Assembly: GCA_964016885.1 (NCBI GenBank)
Contig: OZ024746.1
Location: 101,680,001-101,744,000, forward strand
DNA length: 64,000 nt
Source of the DNA: Eledone cirrhosa
Lineage: Eukaryota
Direction of reading: 5' to 3'
Position numbers and translations under genes: made by a program
Shown here: positions 23,001-34,980 of the stretch, piece after piece
Numbering within the stretch: the first letter of the stretch is position 1
Layout: each line of letters begins with the position of its first letter
The notes under the pieces: model-generated
What the model was told of the DNA's origin: nothing
The model's database searches: none
Seen by the model: only the letters and a program-made list of their open reading frames with translations

Positions 23001-26000
23001 AGAGATGCAGAGGTAGGAGTAAGGGCAGTGAATGGCAGGGAGAATTAGAGGTAGGAGTGAGGGCAGTCAATGGCAGGGAGATGCAGAGGTAGGAGTAAGG
23101 GCAGTCAATGGCAGGGATATGCAGAGGTAGAAGTAAGGGCAGTCAATGGCAGGGAGATGCAGAGGTAGGAGTAAGGGCAGTCAATGGCAGGGAGATGCAG
23201 AGGTAGGAGTGAGGGCAGTCAATGGCATGGAGATGCAGAGGTAGGGTAAGGGCAGTCAATGGCAGGGAGATGCAGAGGTAGGGTAAGGGCAGTCAATAGC
23301 AGGGAGATGCAAAGTTAGGAGTAAGAGCAGTCAATGGCAGGGAGATGCAGAGGTAGGAGTGAGGGCAGTCAATGGCAGGGAGATGCAGAGGTATGGTAAG
23401 GGCAGTCAATGGCAGGGAGATGCAGAGGTAGGAGTGAGGGCAGTCAATGGCATGGAGATGCAGAGGTAGGGTAAGGGCAGTCAATGGCAGGGAGATCAGA
23501 GGTAGGAGTAAGGGCAGTCAATGGCAGGGAGATGCAGAGGTAGGAGTGAGGGCAGTCAATGGCATGGAGATGCAGAGGTAGGGTAAAGGCAGTCAATGGC
23601 AGGGAGATGCAGAGGTAGGAGTGAGGGCAGTCAATGGCAGGGAGATGCAGAGGTAGGAGTGAGGGCAGTCAATGGCAGGGAGATGCAGAGGTAGGAGTGA
23701 GGGCAGTCAATAGCAGAGAGATGCAGAGGTAGGAGTAAGGGCAGTCAATGGCAGGGAGATGCAGAGGTAGGAGTGAGGGCAGTCAATGGCAGGGAGATGC
23801 AGATTTAGGGTAAGGGCAGTCAATGGCAGGGAGATGTAGAGGTAGGAGTAAGGGCAGTTAATGGCAGTTAATGGCAGGGAGATGCAGAGGTAGGAGTAAG
23901 GGCTGTCAATGGCAGGGAGATGCAGAGGTAGAAGTAAGGGCAGTCAATGGCAGGGAGATGCAGAGGTTGGAGTAAGGGCAGTCAATGGCAGGGAGATGCA
24001 GAGGTAGGAGTAAGGGCAGTTAATGGCAGGGAGATCCAGAGGTAGGAGTAAGGGCAGTCAATGGCAGGGAGATGCAGAGGTAGAAGTAAGGGCAGTCAAT
24101 GGCAGGCAGATGCAGAGTTTGGAGTAAGGGCAGTCAATGGCAGGGAGATGCAGATGTAGGAGTAAGGGCAGTCAATAGCAGGGAGATGCAAAGGTAGGAG
24201 TAAGGGCAGTCAATGGCAGGGAGATGCAGAGGTAGGAGTGAGGGCAGTCAATGGCAGGGAGATGTAGAGGTAGAAGTAAGGGCAGTCAATGGCAGGGAGA
24301 TGCAGAGGTAGGAGTAAGGGCAGTCAATGGCAGGGAGATGCAAAGGTAGGAGTAAGGGCAGTCAATGGCAGGGAGATGCAGAGGTAGGAGTGAGGGCAGT
24401 CAATGGCATGGAGATGCAGCTGTAGGGTAAGGGCAGTCAATGGCAGGGAGATGCAGAGGTAGGGTAAGGGCAGTCAATAGCAGGGAGATGCAAAGTTAGG
24501 AGTAAGAGCAGTCAATGGCAGGGAGATGCAGAGGTAGGAGTGAGGGCAGTCAATGGCAGGGAGATGCAGAGGTAGGGTAAGGGCAGTCAATGGCAGGGAG
24601 ATGCAGAGGTAGGAGTGAGGGCAGTCAATGGCATGGAGATGCAGAGGTAGGGTAAGGGCAGTCAATGGCAGGGAGATGCAGAGGTAGGAGTGAGGGCAGT
24701 CAATGGCAGGGAGATGCAGAGGTAGGAGTGAGGGCAGTCAATGGCAGGGAGATGCAGAGGTAGGAGTGAGGGCAGTCAATAGCAGAGAGATGCAGAGGTA
24801 GGAGTAAGGGCAGTCAATGGCAGGGAGATGCAGAGGTAGGAGTGAGGGCAGTCAATGGCAGGGAGATGCAGAGGTAGGGTAAGGGCAGTCAATGGCAGGG
24901 AGATGTAGAGGTAGGAGTAAGGGCAGTTAATGGCAGTTAATCGCAGGGAGATGCAGAGGTAGGAGTAAGGGCAGTTAATGGCAGGGAGATGCAGAGGTAG
25001 GAGTAAGGGCAGTCAATGGCAGGGAGATGTAGAGGTAGAAGTAAGGGCAGTCAATGGCAGGGAGATGCAGAGGTAGGAGTAAGGGCAGTCAATGGCAGGG
25101 AGATGTAGAGGTAGAAGTAAGGGCAGTCAATAGCAGGGAGATGCAAAGGTAGGAGTAAGGGCAGTCAATGGCAGGGAGATGCAGAGGTAGGAGTAAGGGC
25201 AGTTAATGGCAGGGAGATGCAGAGGTAGGAGTAAGGGCAGTCAATGGCAGGGAGATGCAGAGGTAGAAGTAAGGGCAGTCAATGGCAGGGAGATGCAAAG
25301 GTAGGAGTAAGGGCAGTCAATGGCAGGGAGATGTAGAGGTAGAAGTAAGGGCAGTCAATAGCAGGGAGATGCAAAGGTAGGAGTAAGGGCAGTCAATGGC
25401 AGGGAGATGCAGAGGTAGGAGTGAGGGCAGTCAATGGCAGGGAGATGTAGAGGTAGAAGTAAGGGCAGTCAATAGCAGGGAGATGCAGAGGTAGGAGTAA
25501 GGGCAGTTAATAGCAGGGAGATGCAGAGGTAGGAGTAAGGGCAGTTAATGGCAGGGAGATGCAGAGGTAGGAGTAAGGGCAGTCAATGGCAGGGAGATGC
25601 AGAGGTAGGAGTAAGGGCAGTCAATGGCAGGGAGATGCAAAGGTAGGAGTAAGGGCAGTCAATGGCAGGGAGATGTAGAGGTAGAAGTAAGGGCAGTCAA
25701 TAGCAGGGAGATGCAAAGGTAGGAGTAAGGGCAGTCAATGGCAGGGAGATGCAGAGGTAGGAGTGAGGGCAGTCAATGGCAGGGAGATGCAGAGGTATAA
25801 GTAAGGGCAGTCAATGGCAGGGAGATGCAGAGGTAGGAGTAAGGGCAGTCAATGGCAGGGAGAAGCAGAGGTAGGAGTAAGGGCAGTCAATGGCAGGGAG
25901 ATGCAGAGGTAAGAGTAAGGGCAGTCAATGGCAGGGAGATGCAGAGGTATAAGTAAGTGCAGTCAATGGCAGGGACATGCAGAAGTAGGAATAAGGGCAG

Positions 26001-26072
26001 TCAATGGCAGGGAGATGCAGAGGTAGAAGCAAAGGCAGTCAATGGCAGGGAGATGCAGAGGTAGGAGTGAGG
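20001..26072. repeat. 38-bp minisatellite, ~160 copies, inside the Gypsy protease
   Basis: Unit agggcagtcaatggcagggagatgcagaggtaggagt(a/g); period 38 bp (20041, 20079) with 36/37-bp variants. Confidence 0.98.
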
Positions 26073-27387
26073 TGAAGATGAAAATAAGGCTGTGGCCAAT
26101 CGTGATCAACGTCGTGGTGGACGGAATTGATGTGGTATTGGGTATGGATGCGATTGGCTGCTTAGAAGGTGTTACAATGTGTGAGAATGGTGTAACATTT
26201 GGTAGTGCATAAGTGTGCAACAGGGGAATAGGGAGATCTATGAAGAAAAATGTGCCTTTTATAACAGACAAGACCAGGATTTCAGGGCTGTGTTTGATGG
26301 TTAGCAGTGGACAGTTGAGTAGTACTGGAAAGGAGAGACCCTAACGTTGAAGAACAGAGTGAGATGCTATCAGCATACCCTGATAGGGAGTACTAGAAGT
26401 GAGTTTGAGGAAGAGGTGCAAAGATGGATTGAAGAGGGCATATTAATTCCTTGGAAGGGGGAGATAAAGAGTGGAGTGTTGCTGTTAATGGCAGTAGTGC
26501 AACCAACAAAGAGCAAGGTCAAACTGGTGCTGGACGTTTGTGGGCAAAGAAGGCAGGATCAAGTCGCCGAATTCATATCACAATAGGGAATGGTAACACC
26601 TGTAGATTGCCAAAACAACATGTGTGTGGATAGATGTCTGTAGAGCTGTTGATTTGACAGACTTTGGAGAGAGAACAAAAGTGCCGCCGCAACTGTGTGG
26701 AGATCGCAAAGGGAACACCGTTCACCCAGATGGATGACAGACTTTGACATGGAGTGATTGATCCTTGAGATCGGGAGTGCCTGTGGGGCTAGGGTGCCGG
26801 ACATACAGGGGAGGTCTTGCCAAAAGCGAGGGGCCAGTGACATGATATCAGAGTCCATGGGTCTTTCGTGCCGTTTGGTCAGGACACAGTACTGTGTGGA
26901 TGTGCATGTTCATGAGTGCTATGATTGTGTGTGTGAGACTGTGTTTTTGGCTAGACATAAAACAAGTGAACATCCACACAGGGAGATTCAGTTTGGACTC
27001 GAGTGGAGATGCAAAAGTAGGTCTCTACACTTCCTCATGACAATAAAGATTACCTGTAAGTCGGTTTTAATTTACTTAGTTGATTGAATTTAATGATAGT
27101 CAATAAGATTCTTACCATTAAGAATTACATTTTTATCCCATTTGCTGTGAAACAGCCTGAGAGATGTTTATAAAAGATTTCATTATAATTGTGAGGACTT
27201 TTGTTAAATTATGTTTCAAACACCAGCTTAAAAATGAGGAGGTTATTCGACTAAATCTTCTTAAATTCTTGATTATTTTCATAATGAACAACACAATCTG
27301 AAACTTGTAGCCTGATCTAGTAATCTTGGTTTCACAAGGGAGATTAAAGCATTGTTATAATGAAAAATGGAATTTTCAGCAGAATTA

Positions 27388-28165
27388 CAACAGCTTCTTT
27401 GATCCTGTTGCAGACTACCTCGATACCAAACAATGGTGAGTTCCTTATAACACTGGTGATTATAATAGACAAGGTGAGTTTGGAAGCTATAAGTATGGTA
27501 CAAGAAATGAAGGGAGATTAAGGCTCCTGGAGTTTTGTGATTCATATAACTTAGAAGGCAGCCACAAGAATACATACCAGGATGTTCTCTTCACAACCAT
27601 ATTGTTTCAGCTTAGATTGCATGGCACCTTCCGCATGTGTCTATAACTATAGCCTCAAACCGATACCTTCTCAGTGAAATTTAGCAGATGAAATCTGTGC
27701 ACTGTGCAAGAGCATGTGTGTGGGGGGGGGGGGGGGGATATGTTATGTGTTGATGTGTTGTGTGTGTGTGTTGTGCGTGTGTGTGTGCATACTTAGTTAT
27801 GTGAAAGCTGCTTAGAAAACTGATGTTGTTTATATCCAACAACTTAGTGATGATGGTGGTAGTGTTGGTGCCACAATGAAAAGCATCTAGTTTTCCGTGT
27901 AAGGCGTTAGTGCTGGTGCCATAGCAAAAAGCACCCAATCCACCCTGTCATGTGGTAGTGTCGGAGTCACAATAAAATGCTCACAGCACACACTGTAAAG
28001 TGGTTGGCATTAGGAAGGGCATCCAGCCATAGAAAACATGTCAAAATGGAGCATACAAGCAATATGTAGCCAGTTGACCAGTCTTACCTCAGTACATGAC
28101 AACCTGTCTAATCCATGTAAGCATAGAAAATATACATTAACTAATGATGATGAAGGTGATGATGA
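27388..28165 (+). mobile_element. Old RTE LINE remnants (endonuclease piece and degenerate 3' UTR)
   Basis: FFD.LLQTTS..GDYN...YGTRNEGRLRLLEFC at 27388-27555; ggttggcattaggaagggcatccagcc...atgatga at 28000-28165. Confidence 0.65.
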
Positions 28166-28339
28166 TAGGTTTTTAAGAGAAAAAGATTTCCATTGAAACA
28201 TAATTAGTTTTGTTAGGAACTAATTAGAAAAAAAAGGAGGAAAAATACATTGAATAAAAAGTATGAAGTTTGTACACAGTTCTTAATAACTACTTAAATT
28301 ACAGATATAGATATTAGAAATTCATATAATGTAATAAAT

Positions 28340-29260
28340 ATTTGGCTTTAGTTAGTCTCAAGTTGCAGATAATTAGATGGTGATCAGTTGACAGCTCAGC
28401 CCCTCTCTTAACACTAACATCCAGCACAGAATCAAAGAGATCAGAGACAATAACAAAATCAATTATTGATCTCTATCCCTGATTCATGTATATTTGTGGC
28501 TGTCTCTTTGCTTGAAGAAGGTGTTCATAATAGAGAGTCAATTGCTAGGACAGAAGTTTAGTAAGGCCTCCCCATTTATATTTAGTCTGGGGTCACCATT
28601 CCTTCCAATCACTCCTTTCCATGTCAGGTGGTCAGTGCCAACATGTACATTGAAGTCTCCCAACAGGATATATGACTCAGTCTTAACTACATCTAACGCT
28701 GCAGTGACTTCATCAAGGAAGGACCTGTATTCAGACTCCTTGTTTTGTGCATAAACTTGCACCACCCACAGAGATTTATCTTTCAGCCAAAGCTTCAAGG
28801 GGTAAATCCTCCCTCCTAATGGTATCCAGTCCATAACACATTCTGACAGCCAAGGGCTTGTGAGTATCCCAACTCTCACCTGTGCAGTCATTTCTGGCAC
28901 CACACCTGAATAGTGGAGTTTCCATCCTCCATCCAAATCTACAGTATCAGAGCCATGGGACTTTGTTGAGGAAACCCTGACTATATCTAGCTGGTAGCAT
29001 CTAGCCTCCTTCACTAAAATCATGCTCCTTAGTTGTAATGTTTGAGGTTCCAATTGTCTAGGTTTGTTCCCTTCCAAACTCTCTTTGGGGTGTCGAGATA
29101 CACAATCCTTGTGTATCCATCTCACGCCTACCTAAGGCCTGAACACATCCGTTGTTAACCCATGTAAAGGATGATGTGGTGTGGTTCTTTTTCATTCCTC
29201 TCACCATATTGCAGTTCCAGTGATCTTATTTGCACCAGTCATCAAGCTGGTACTTTCTCA
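28340..29260 (-). mobile_element. AP-endonuclease (5') half of an Expander/Rex3-like RTE LINE, inverted
   Basis: ORF 28538..29125 has GWKLHYSGV, VQVYA and LLGDFNVHVG; it continues to IIDFVIVS and AELSTDHHL at 28355-28470. Confidence 0.85.
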
Positions 29261-31340
29261 AATCCACAAAGAAGTCCATAAAACCAGCAGGTCCAGGGTG
29301 ACCTACAGGATAAAATGGGAAGCATTGGTGGATAAGGAAGTCAGGACCAGGTATGAAGATTCTATTGCATCCAAATTCAGAGAACTCCCTAAGCAAACTG
29401 AGGAGGTTGAGACGGAGTGGAGATTGTTCAGCGCAGCAGTTTCTGTTTCACCTACTAAATGCTGAGGGTGAAAGAAGCTTGGTGTGGCGCAGGGTTGCAG
29501 AAAGACTTCTTGGTTCAATCAAGAAGTTAAAGATGCCATCTGACCAAAGAAAAAGACCTACAAAGCTGGGTTTGGAAATAAGTCCTCCTTGTTGCACTTG
29601 TGGTACAAGCAGCCATGAATAATCGCAGCAGAGACAGTAAAGGCGTACAAAGTTAAGACATGGGAGGACTTTGGGGTTAAGCTGGAATTCGACTTCACAT
29701 TAGCAAATAAAGTGTTCTGGCAGATCATCCGCTGACTTCATAAGAAGTCCTCCTCCAAACCTGCTATCAGGAACACATCTGGGGTTTTCCTCTCTTCAGA
29801 GAGATGGATCCTTGCAAGGCAGAGAAGATACTTTGCTGATCTCTTAAGTCTGAACACAACAGCATCTTCTGATGTACACAAGGTGCATCTGGGAGTGGTG
29901 ACTGATCTCTCAGAGACTGGGGTCACAAGAATATTTAAAGAGCTCAAATGTGGTAAAGCCACTGAGGAAGATGAAATCTGGCCCAAGATATTAAAAACCC
30001 TTAAATAGAGAAGATATTCTCTGGGTGACTTGTGTGTGCCGGGTGGCCTACATCTATGGAAAGGCAGCTAAGCAATGGCAATCAGGAGTGATAATCCCAA
30101 TTTTCAAAAAGGGAGACAAGAGAGGTCGTTCCAATTACAGAGGGATCTCCTTGTTAAGCCAAACTGGTAAAGTCTATGCTAAGTGTCTGGTGAAAGAGGA
30201 GCAGGAAGATTGTCGAGTCCAAGCTAGCTGATGAACAGTGTGGTTTTCACCCCGGATGCAGCACAGCTGACCAAATATTCACACTGCGGCAGGTCTTCGA
30301 GAAATCATGGGAGTATTGCTAAGAGGGGTATTCTTGCTTTATAGACCTTAAAAAGGCATATGACTGCATTCTTCAGAACCTGCTGTGGAAGGTTCTGCAG
30401 GAGTATGGAATTGATGGTCAGCTTCTTGCTGCCCTGATATCTCTATACGAATGCCTGAGTTTGGAGTATTTGTATTTGGATAACCATTCAAAGTGGGAGT
30501 CAAATTTCACCAAGGGTGCATACTGTCACCTCTCCTGTTCATTATTTACATGAACAAGATTGACATGCACACCCAGGTTGAAAGTGATATCATGATTGGT
30601 GGGTGTAAAATCAGTCAGCTGGAATTTGCAGACAACATGGTGTTACTTAACTCGATAGAAGGTTTGATGCCGAGTGCTGCATGGTTGGAATAAAAATCAG
30701 TGCTGCGAAAACTGAGACATCGCCCTCTCAAGGAAGCCTGCGCAGTGCACTCTACATGTGAATGAAGTTCCACTGAAGCAGGTGGAGAAGTTCAAGTATC
30801 TTGGGGCTGTGTTCATGAATGATGGAAGACAGGAGGCTCAATGAAGTGCAATAATTGCAGGAGCTGGTGCAGTAGTGCATCAGCTTCAGCATTCAGTAAA
30901 CAGAAGTGGGTAGTTGTAAAAGCCAAACTCACTATCTTCAATTGAGTATTTCTGCCAACACTTACCTATGGTCATGAATCTTGAGTAATGACTGAAAGAA
31001 TAGGATCGCAAATACAAGCGGCTGAAATGGGGTTCTTCCAAAGGGTCTTTGGAGTAACGGTACTCGATAGAGTGTGTAGCTTGGAGATCAGAGAGTCACT
31101 CTAGGTAGAGCCGCTACTTCTCTGAATTGAGAGACCACAGCTCCGATACTATGGACATATAGTTTGAATGTCTCAGGAAAGAATTGCTGGATAGATTTTG
31201 CGGGCAAAACCAACCGACAGGAGACCCAGTGGTAGATCCCAAGATGGTTGGATAACATCCATAAGCTTGGCTGGTCATACTTGAGGATCCAACCGGATCA
31301 GTTGGAGATGGTTGCTTCTGACAGGACCCGCTGGAATTAG
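29261..31340 (+). mobile_element. RT (3') half of the same Expander/Rex3-like RTE LINE, degenerate
   Basis: Motifs RIKWEAL, IIPIFKKGDK, NYRGISLLS, HQGCILSPLLF, FADNM, FKYLG, TYGHES and LRYYGH. Confidence 0.9.
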
Positions 31341-32059
31341 TGTTTGAGCACAGTTAGAGAAAAGACGGAGAGAAAGAAAAAAGTTATTTTCTCATATTAT
31401 ATATCTATGTCTCATTCATGAATATTGATATTTACATTCTATTATCCATTTCATATAAATTGATAATTCAAATTGATATGACATGACGTAAAGATGTAAC
31501 TGTATCCTTCTCTCTCTATATATAGCTATTTCTCCTCTCTCTTTATATATGATGAAGTATTATGAATCTGTCGCTTTGGTTTTGCCTCCCTTATTTCTCT
31601 CTTGTTTTTTCACTTCCCCCTATCTAGTTATATTTTCTCTCTCTCTTTCTTTTCCTCCCCCCTATTTCTCTCCGTTTTCTCTTTATCTCCATTTTTTCTT
31701 TCTCTCCGTCTTTTCTCTAACTGTGCTTAACACTATAACTAAATAATTACTGTACTCTCTCTCTCTATAGTACTCCCTCTTTCTTGAATCTCTCTATTTG
31801 TATGGTGAATTATTATTATTTATCTGTTCCTTTCGGTTGCCTCTCTTTTTTCACCTCCTCCCTCTTTCTCTCTCCCCTCTCTCTCTCTGTTTTTCTTTAC
31901 CTCCGTTTCTTCTTTTTCTCCGTCTTTTTTTTCTAACGGTGCTTAACACTATAACTAAATAATTATAAAAACATCACTACCAAGGCAGCCTCCTAATTTA
32001 ATGGTCGCTTATATTATGGTACGTCAAAATTATTTATAAAACTGTTTATATATTGTATT

Positions 32060-32114
32060 TTATCTGACGAAGGCATGCCATATTTTTAATATGGTATCCC
32101 TGAAATATGTATAA
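32060..32114 (+). ncRNA. Degenerate hammerhead motif at the end of a CT-rich Penelope-like repeat (~31345-32160)
   Basis: TTAT-CTGACGA-AGG C ATGCCATAT ttttta ATATGGTAT C CCT-GAAA-TATGT-ATAA; the helix III/cleavage region is imperfect. Confidence 0.55.
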
Positions 32115-32209
32115 TGAAATAAATATGGTTTTATAAATATAGTTTCAATTTGTTTAATATCGTATATATATATATATGTATGTGTGTGCATGTATATATA
32201 TATATATAT

Positions 32210-32998
32210 ACTAGAAGAATGGCCCGGCGTTGCTCGGGATTTGCTATAGGGTTCTTATATATTTGATATATATTTATCCTTATCGAACCTCGTGAAATAA
32301 ATACGTTTGTTTATATTTTGTTATTGCGTATGCAAAAATATCTGTCCATAAATATATAATTATATATATATATATATTAAAATAACAGACTAAAGTTTAA
32401 GCAAAGAATCACTGCTTTCACCCTTAACGGGATATTCTACCTAAAAGCAGTATGAAGTACATACACTAAGACTAATTGATGTAATCTTTGGCCTTGTTTG
32501 TTTATATTTTGTTTTTGTGAGTGCAAAAATATCTGTACACGAATATCTATATTAAAATAACATATTAATGTTTAAGCAAAGAATCGCTGCTTTCAACCTT
32601 AACGGGATCTTCTTAAACTAAAAAAATAAATCTGGAAACCAGGAAGACGATACTTTGGTTCGTGAAGACGTTCCCTGGCATAAGAATATATATACATACA
32701 CACACTGAACGCGTCATAATGACGTAATGCAGACAGTCAGACATACAGACAGATATTATGAAGGCGCGACGTCATATCTATGTATCTATCTAAAAAGAGA
32801 AAGACTAAGAGAAAGAGAAAGAGATCGCTAAATCGCCTAAAGCGGTCCCTAGGGCATTGAAAATTTGAAATTTTTTTGCTCAAAACACTTCCGGGGCCAT
32901 ACGAGTTACATGTATAAAGTTTGAAAAAAACCTGTTGGGTACTTCTCGAGTTTTAGGGAAACAGACACACAGACATCCTCTGTTTTATATATATAGAC
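32210..32998 (+). mobile_element. Helitron-type non-autonomous element
   Basis: Start ACTAGAAGAATGGCCCGGCGTTGCTCGGG, internal ~190-bp duplication, end ACAGACACACAGACA..TTTTATATATATAGA; a related copy lies at 52130-52585. Confidence 0.7.
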
Positions 32999-33540
32999 TA
33001 GCAGAAAACCACCCGGTGGGCGGTTTTCTGCTAGCAAATCTAGTGTATATACTGATATTGTTGAGATTTGGATGAGAAATGTTTTCGGCACCACATGTTC
33101 ACCGTCTCTCGGTGTGTCTTTTATGCATGTATAAATATATATGTTATCTATACGGTGAAATCTTTGAAATAAATATATGTTAAAACGAAAAAGGAGAAAA
33201 AGAGATTAGTGACGGAAATATAAACGTTATGATACATAAACGTTATGATATAACGATGGAAATATATCTTCAAATGGTCCCTGTCAAGTCAGAACCACCT
33301 CGAACTGGTTACTTCTGGCTTGTGCAAGGTGTCTCTATAGCAACCAGCGATTCCCTCGGCCTCAGTGACCAAAGTCAGTGGAGAGGGGAAGGTAATGTTT
33401 CTATAGCGACAGTGTTTCTCTTGGTAGTACCAGAGTGGAGAAAGGAAGGGGAAGGTAATATTTCTGTAGCACCTACATTTGAGTTTTAGGGAAGGACAGA
33501 CAGACAGACAGACAGACAAACAGAGAAATGCCCATATATT
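32997..33540 (+). mobile_element. Second Helitron-type element in tandem, with a strong 5' hairpin
   Basis: CTAGCAGAAAACCACCC GGT GGGCGGTTTTCTGCTAG hairpin; its end gagttttagggaa..(ACAG)n resembles that of the preceding element. Confidence 0.55.
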
Positions 33541-33542
33541 TC

Positions 33543-33572
<30 letters not shown>

Positions 33573-33573
<1 letters not shown>

Positions 33574-34906
33574 TTTTGGTGAGACAAATGCAAGAGAGGT
33601 TCTTAGAGAAGAATAAGCCACTATACTTAGCCTTTGTTGACCTAGAGAAGGCCTTTGATAGGGTACCCCGATCTGTCATCTGGTGGTCCCTAAGGAAGCT
33701 AGGTGTTGAGGAATGGCTTGTGAGGACAGTGCAAACTTTGTACAGAGGTACTCTCAGTAAAGTCAGGGTAGGAATGGAGTTTAGTGAGGAATTCCAGATA
33801 CAAGTAGGAGTACATCAGGGTTCGGTCCTCAGCCCGTTCTTGTTCATTATAGTCCTCCAAGCCATAACAGAGGAGTTTAAGACTGGCTGTCCATGGGAAC
33901 TTCTCTATGTTGACGATCTGGCTCTTATAGCAGAATCAGTAGAGGAGCTAGAGAACAAATTCCGGCTATGGAAACAGCAGTTGGAAGCAAGAGGACTGAG
34001 AGTAAATCTAGCTAAGACAAAAGTGTTGATGAGTAGAAAAGAGGACAAAACCCTGATTCCGTCAGGGAAATGGCCATGTTCGATATGCAGAAAAGGAACT
34101 GGCATAAATTCTATAAAATGCACACAATGCAGGTCCTGGGTACACAAGAGATGTAGCGGGATAGCAGGCAAACTAACAGGTAGGGAGAAATATGTATGCA
34201 GTAGATGTACAGGGAAATTAGACAGTAGAAGTCGCACTGATAGACACATTTTTCAAATGCGAGAGGGCGCTATAGAAGTGGTGGATAGCTTCCGGTACCT
34301 GGGAGATCAGATTAGCATGGGAGGAGGGTGTTCCGAGGCCATAGTATCTAGAATAAGGACGGGTTGGAAGAAGTTTAGGGAGCTGCTTCCTCTGTTGACG
34401 AAGAAGGGTTTCTCCCTGCGTACGAAAGGCCGGTTGTATGATGCCTGTGTGAGGAGCGCAATGCTGCATGGTAGTGAGACATGGGCAGCAACCGCAGAGG
34501 ATATGCGACGGCTGGAGAGAAATGAGGCAAGCATGCTCCGTTGGATGTGCAGTGTAAATGTGCGTGAACGACCCAGCATAAATGTGTTGAGAGAGAAACT
34601 GTGTCTGAGAGGGATAGAATGTAGTGTACGGGAGAGGAGACTGAGGTGGTATGGACATGTGATGCGCATGGAGGATGACCGATGGGTGAAGAAGTGCCAG
34701 GAAATGCCAGTTGAAAGAAGACGTGGTAGAGGTAGACCACGAAAAACATGGGCGGAGGTGGTGAGAACAGACCTCAGATCATTGAAGCTCACGGTGGAGA
34801 TGACGAGGGACCGTGACGAGTGGAGAGATGCTGTGCTGAATAAGACCCGTCCCACCCTTGCAAGCAGGGAAAAGCGGACGTAAAATGATGATGATGATGA
34901 TGATGA
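33573..34906 (+). mobile_element. Young 5'-truncated RTE LINE with uninterrupted RT C-terminal frame
   Basis: ORF 33528..34883 is open through AFVDLEKAFD, HQGSVLSP, LYVDD, the PHD-like finger and GRGRPRKTW; the (ATG)n tail follows the stop directly. Confidence 0.95.
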
Positions 34907-34935
34907 TTACACACACAGAAATGTATATATATTTC

Positions 34936-34980
<45 letters not shown>

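Larger units (their letters stand above)
18615..27042 (+). mobile_element. Ty3/Gypsy LTR retrotransposon, internally deleted and degenerate
   Basis: Direct repeats at 18615-18873 (partial LTR) and ~26535-27042. Gag lies at ~19112-19760 with a CFWCQGSHIVRDC knuckle. The protease reads AIVDIGCTT...DVVLGMD, and the RT start reads EEEVQRWIEEGILIPW...KVKLVLD. Confidence 0.85.

Noticed and set aside
27380-27435. Apparent exon QNYNSFFDPVADYLDTKQW with good splice signals
   Set aside because: It overlaps a decayed RTE endonuclease (FFD.LLQTTS...GDYN...RLLEFC) that continues past the donor.
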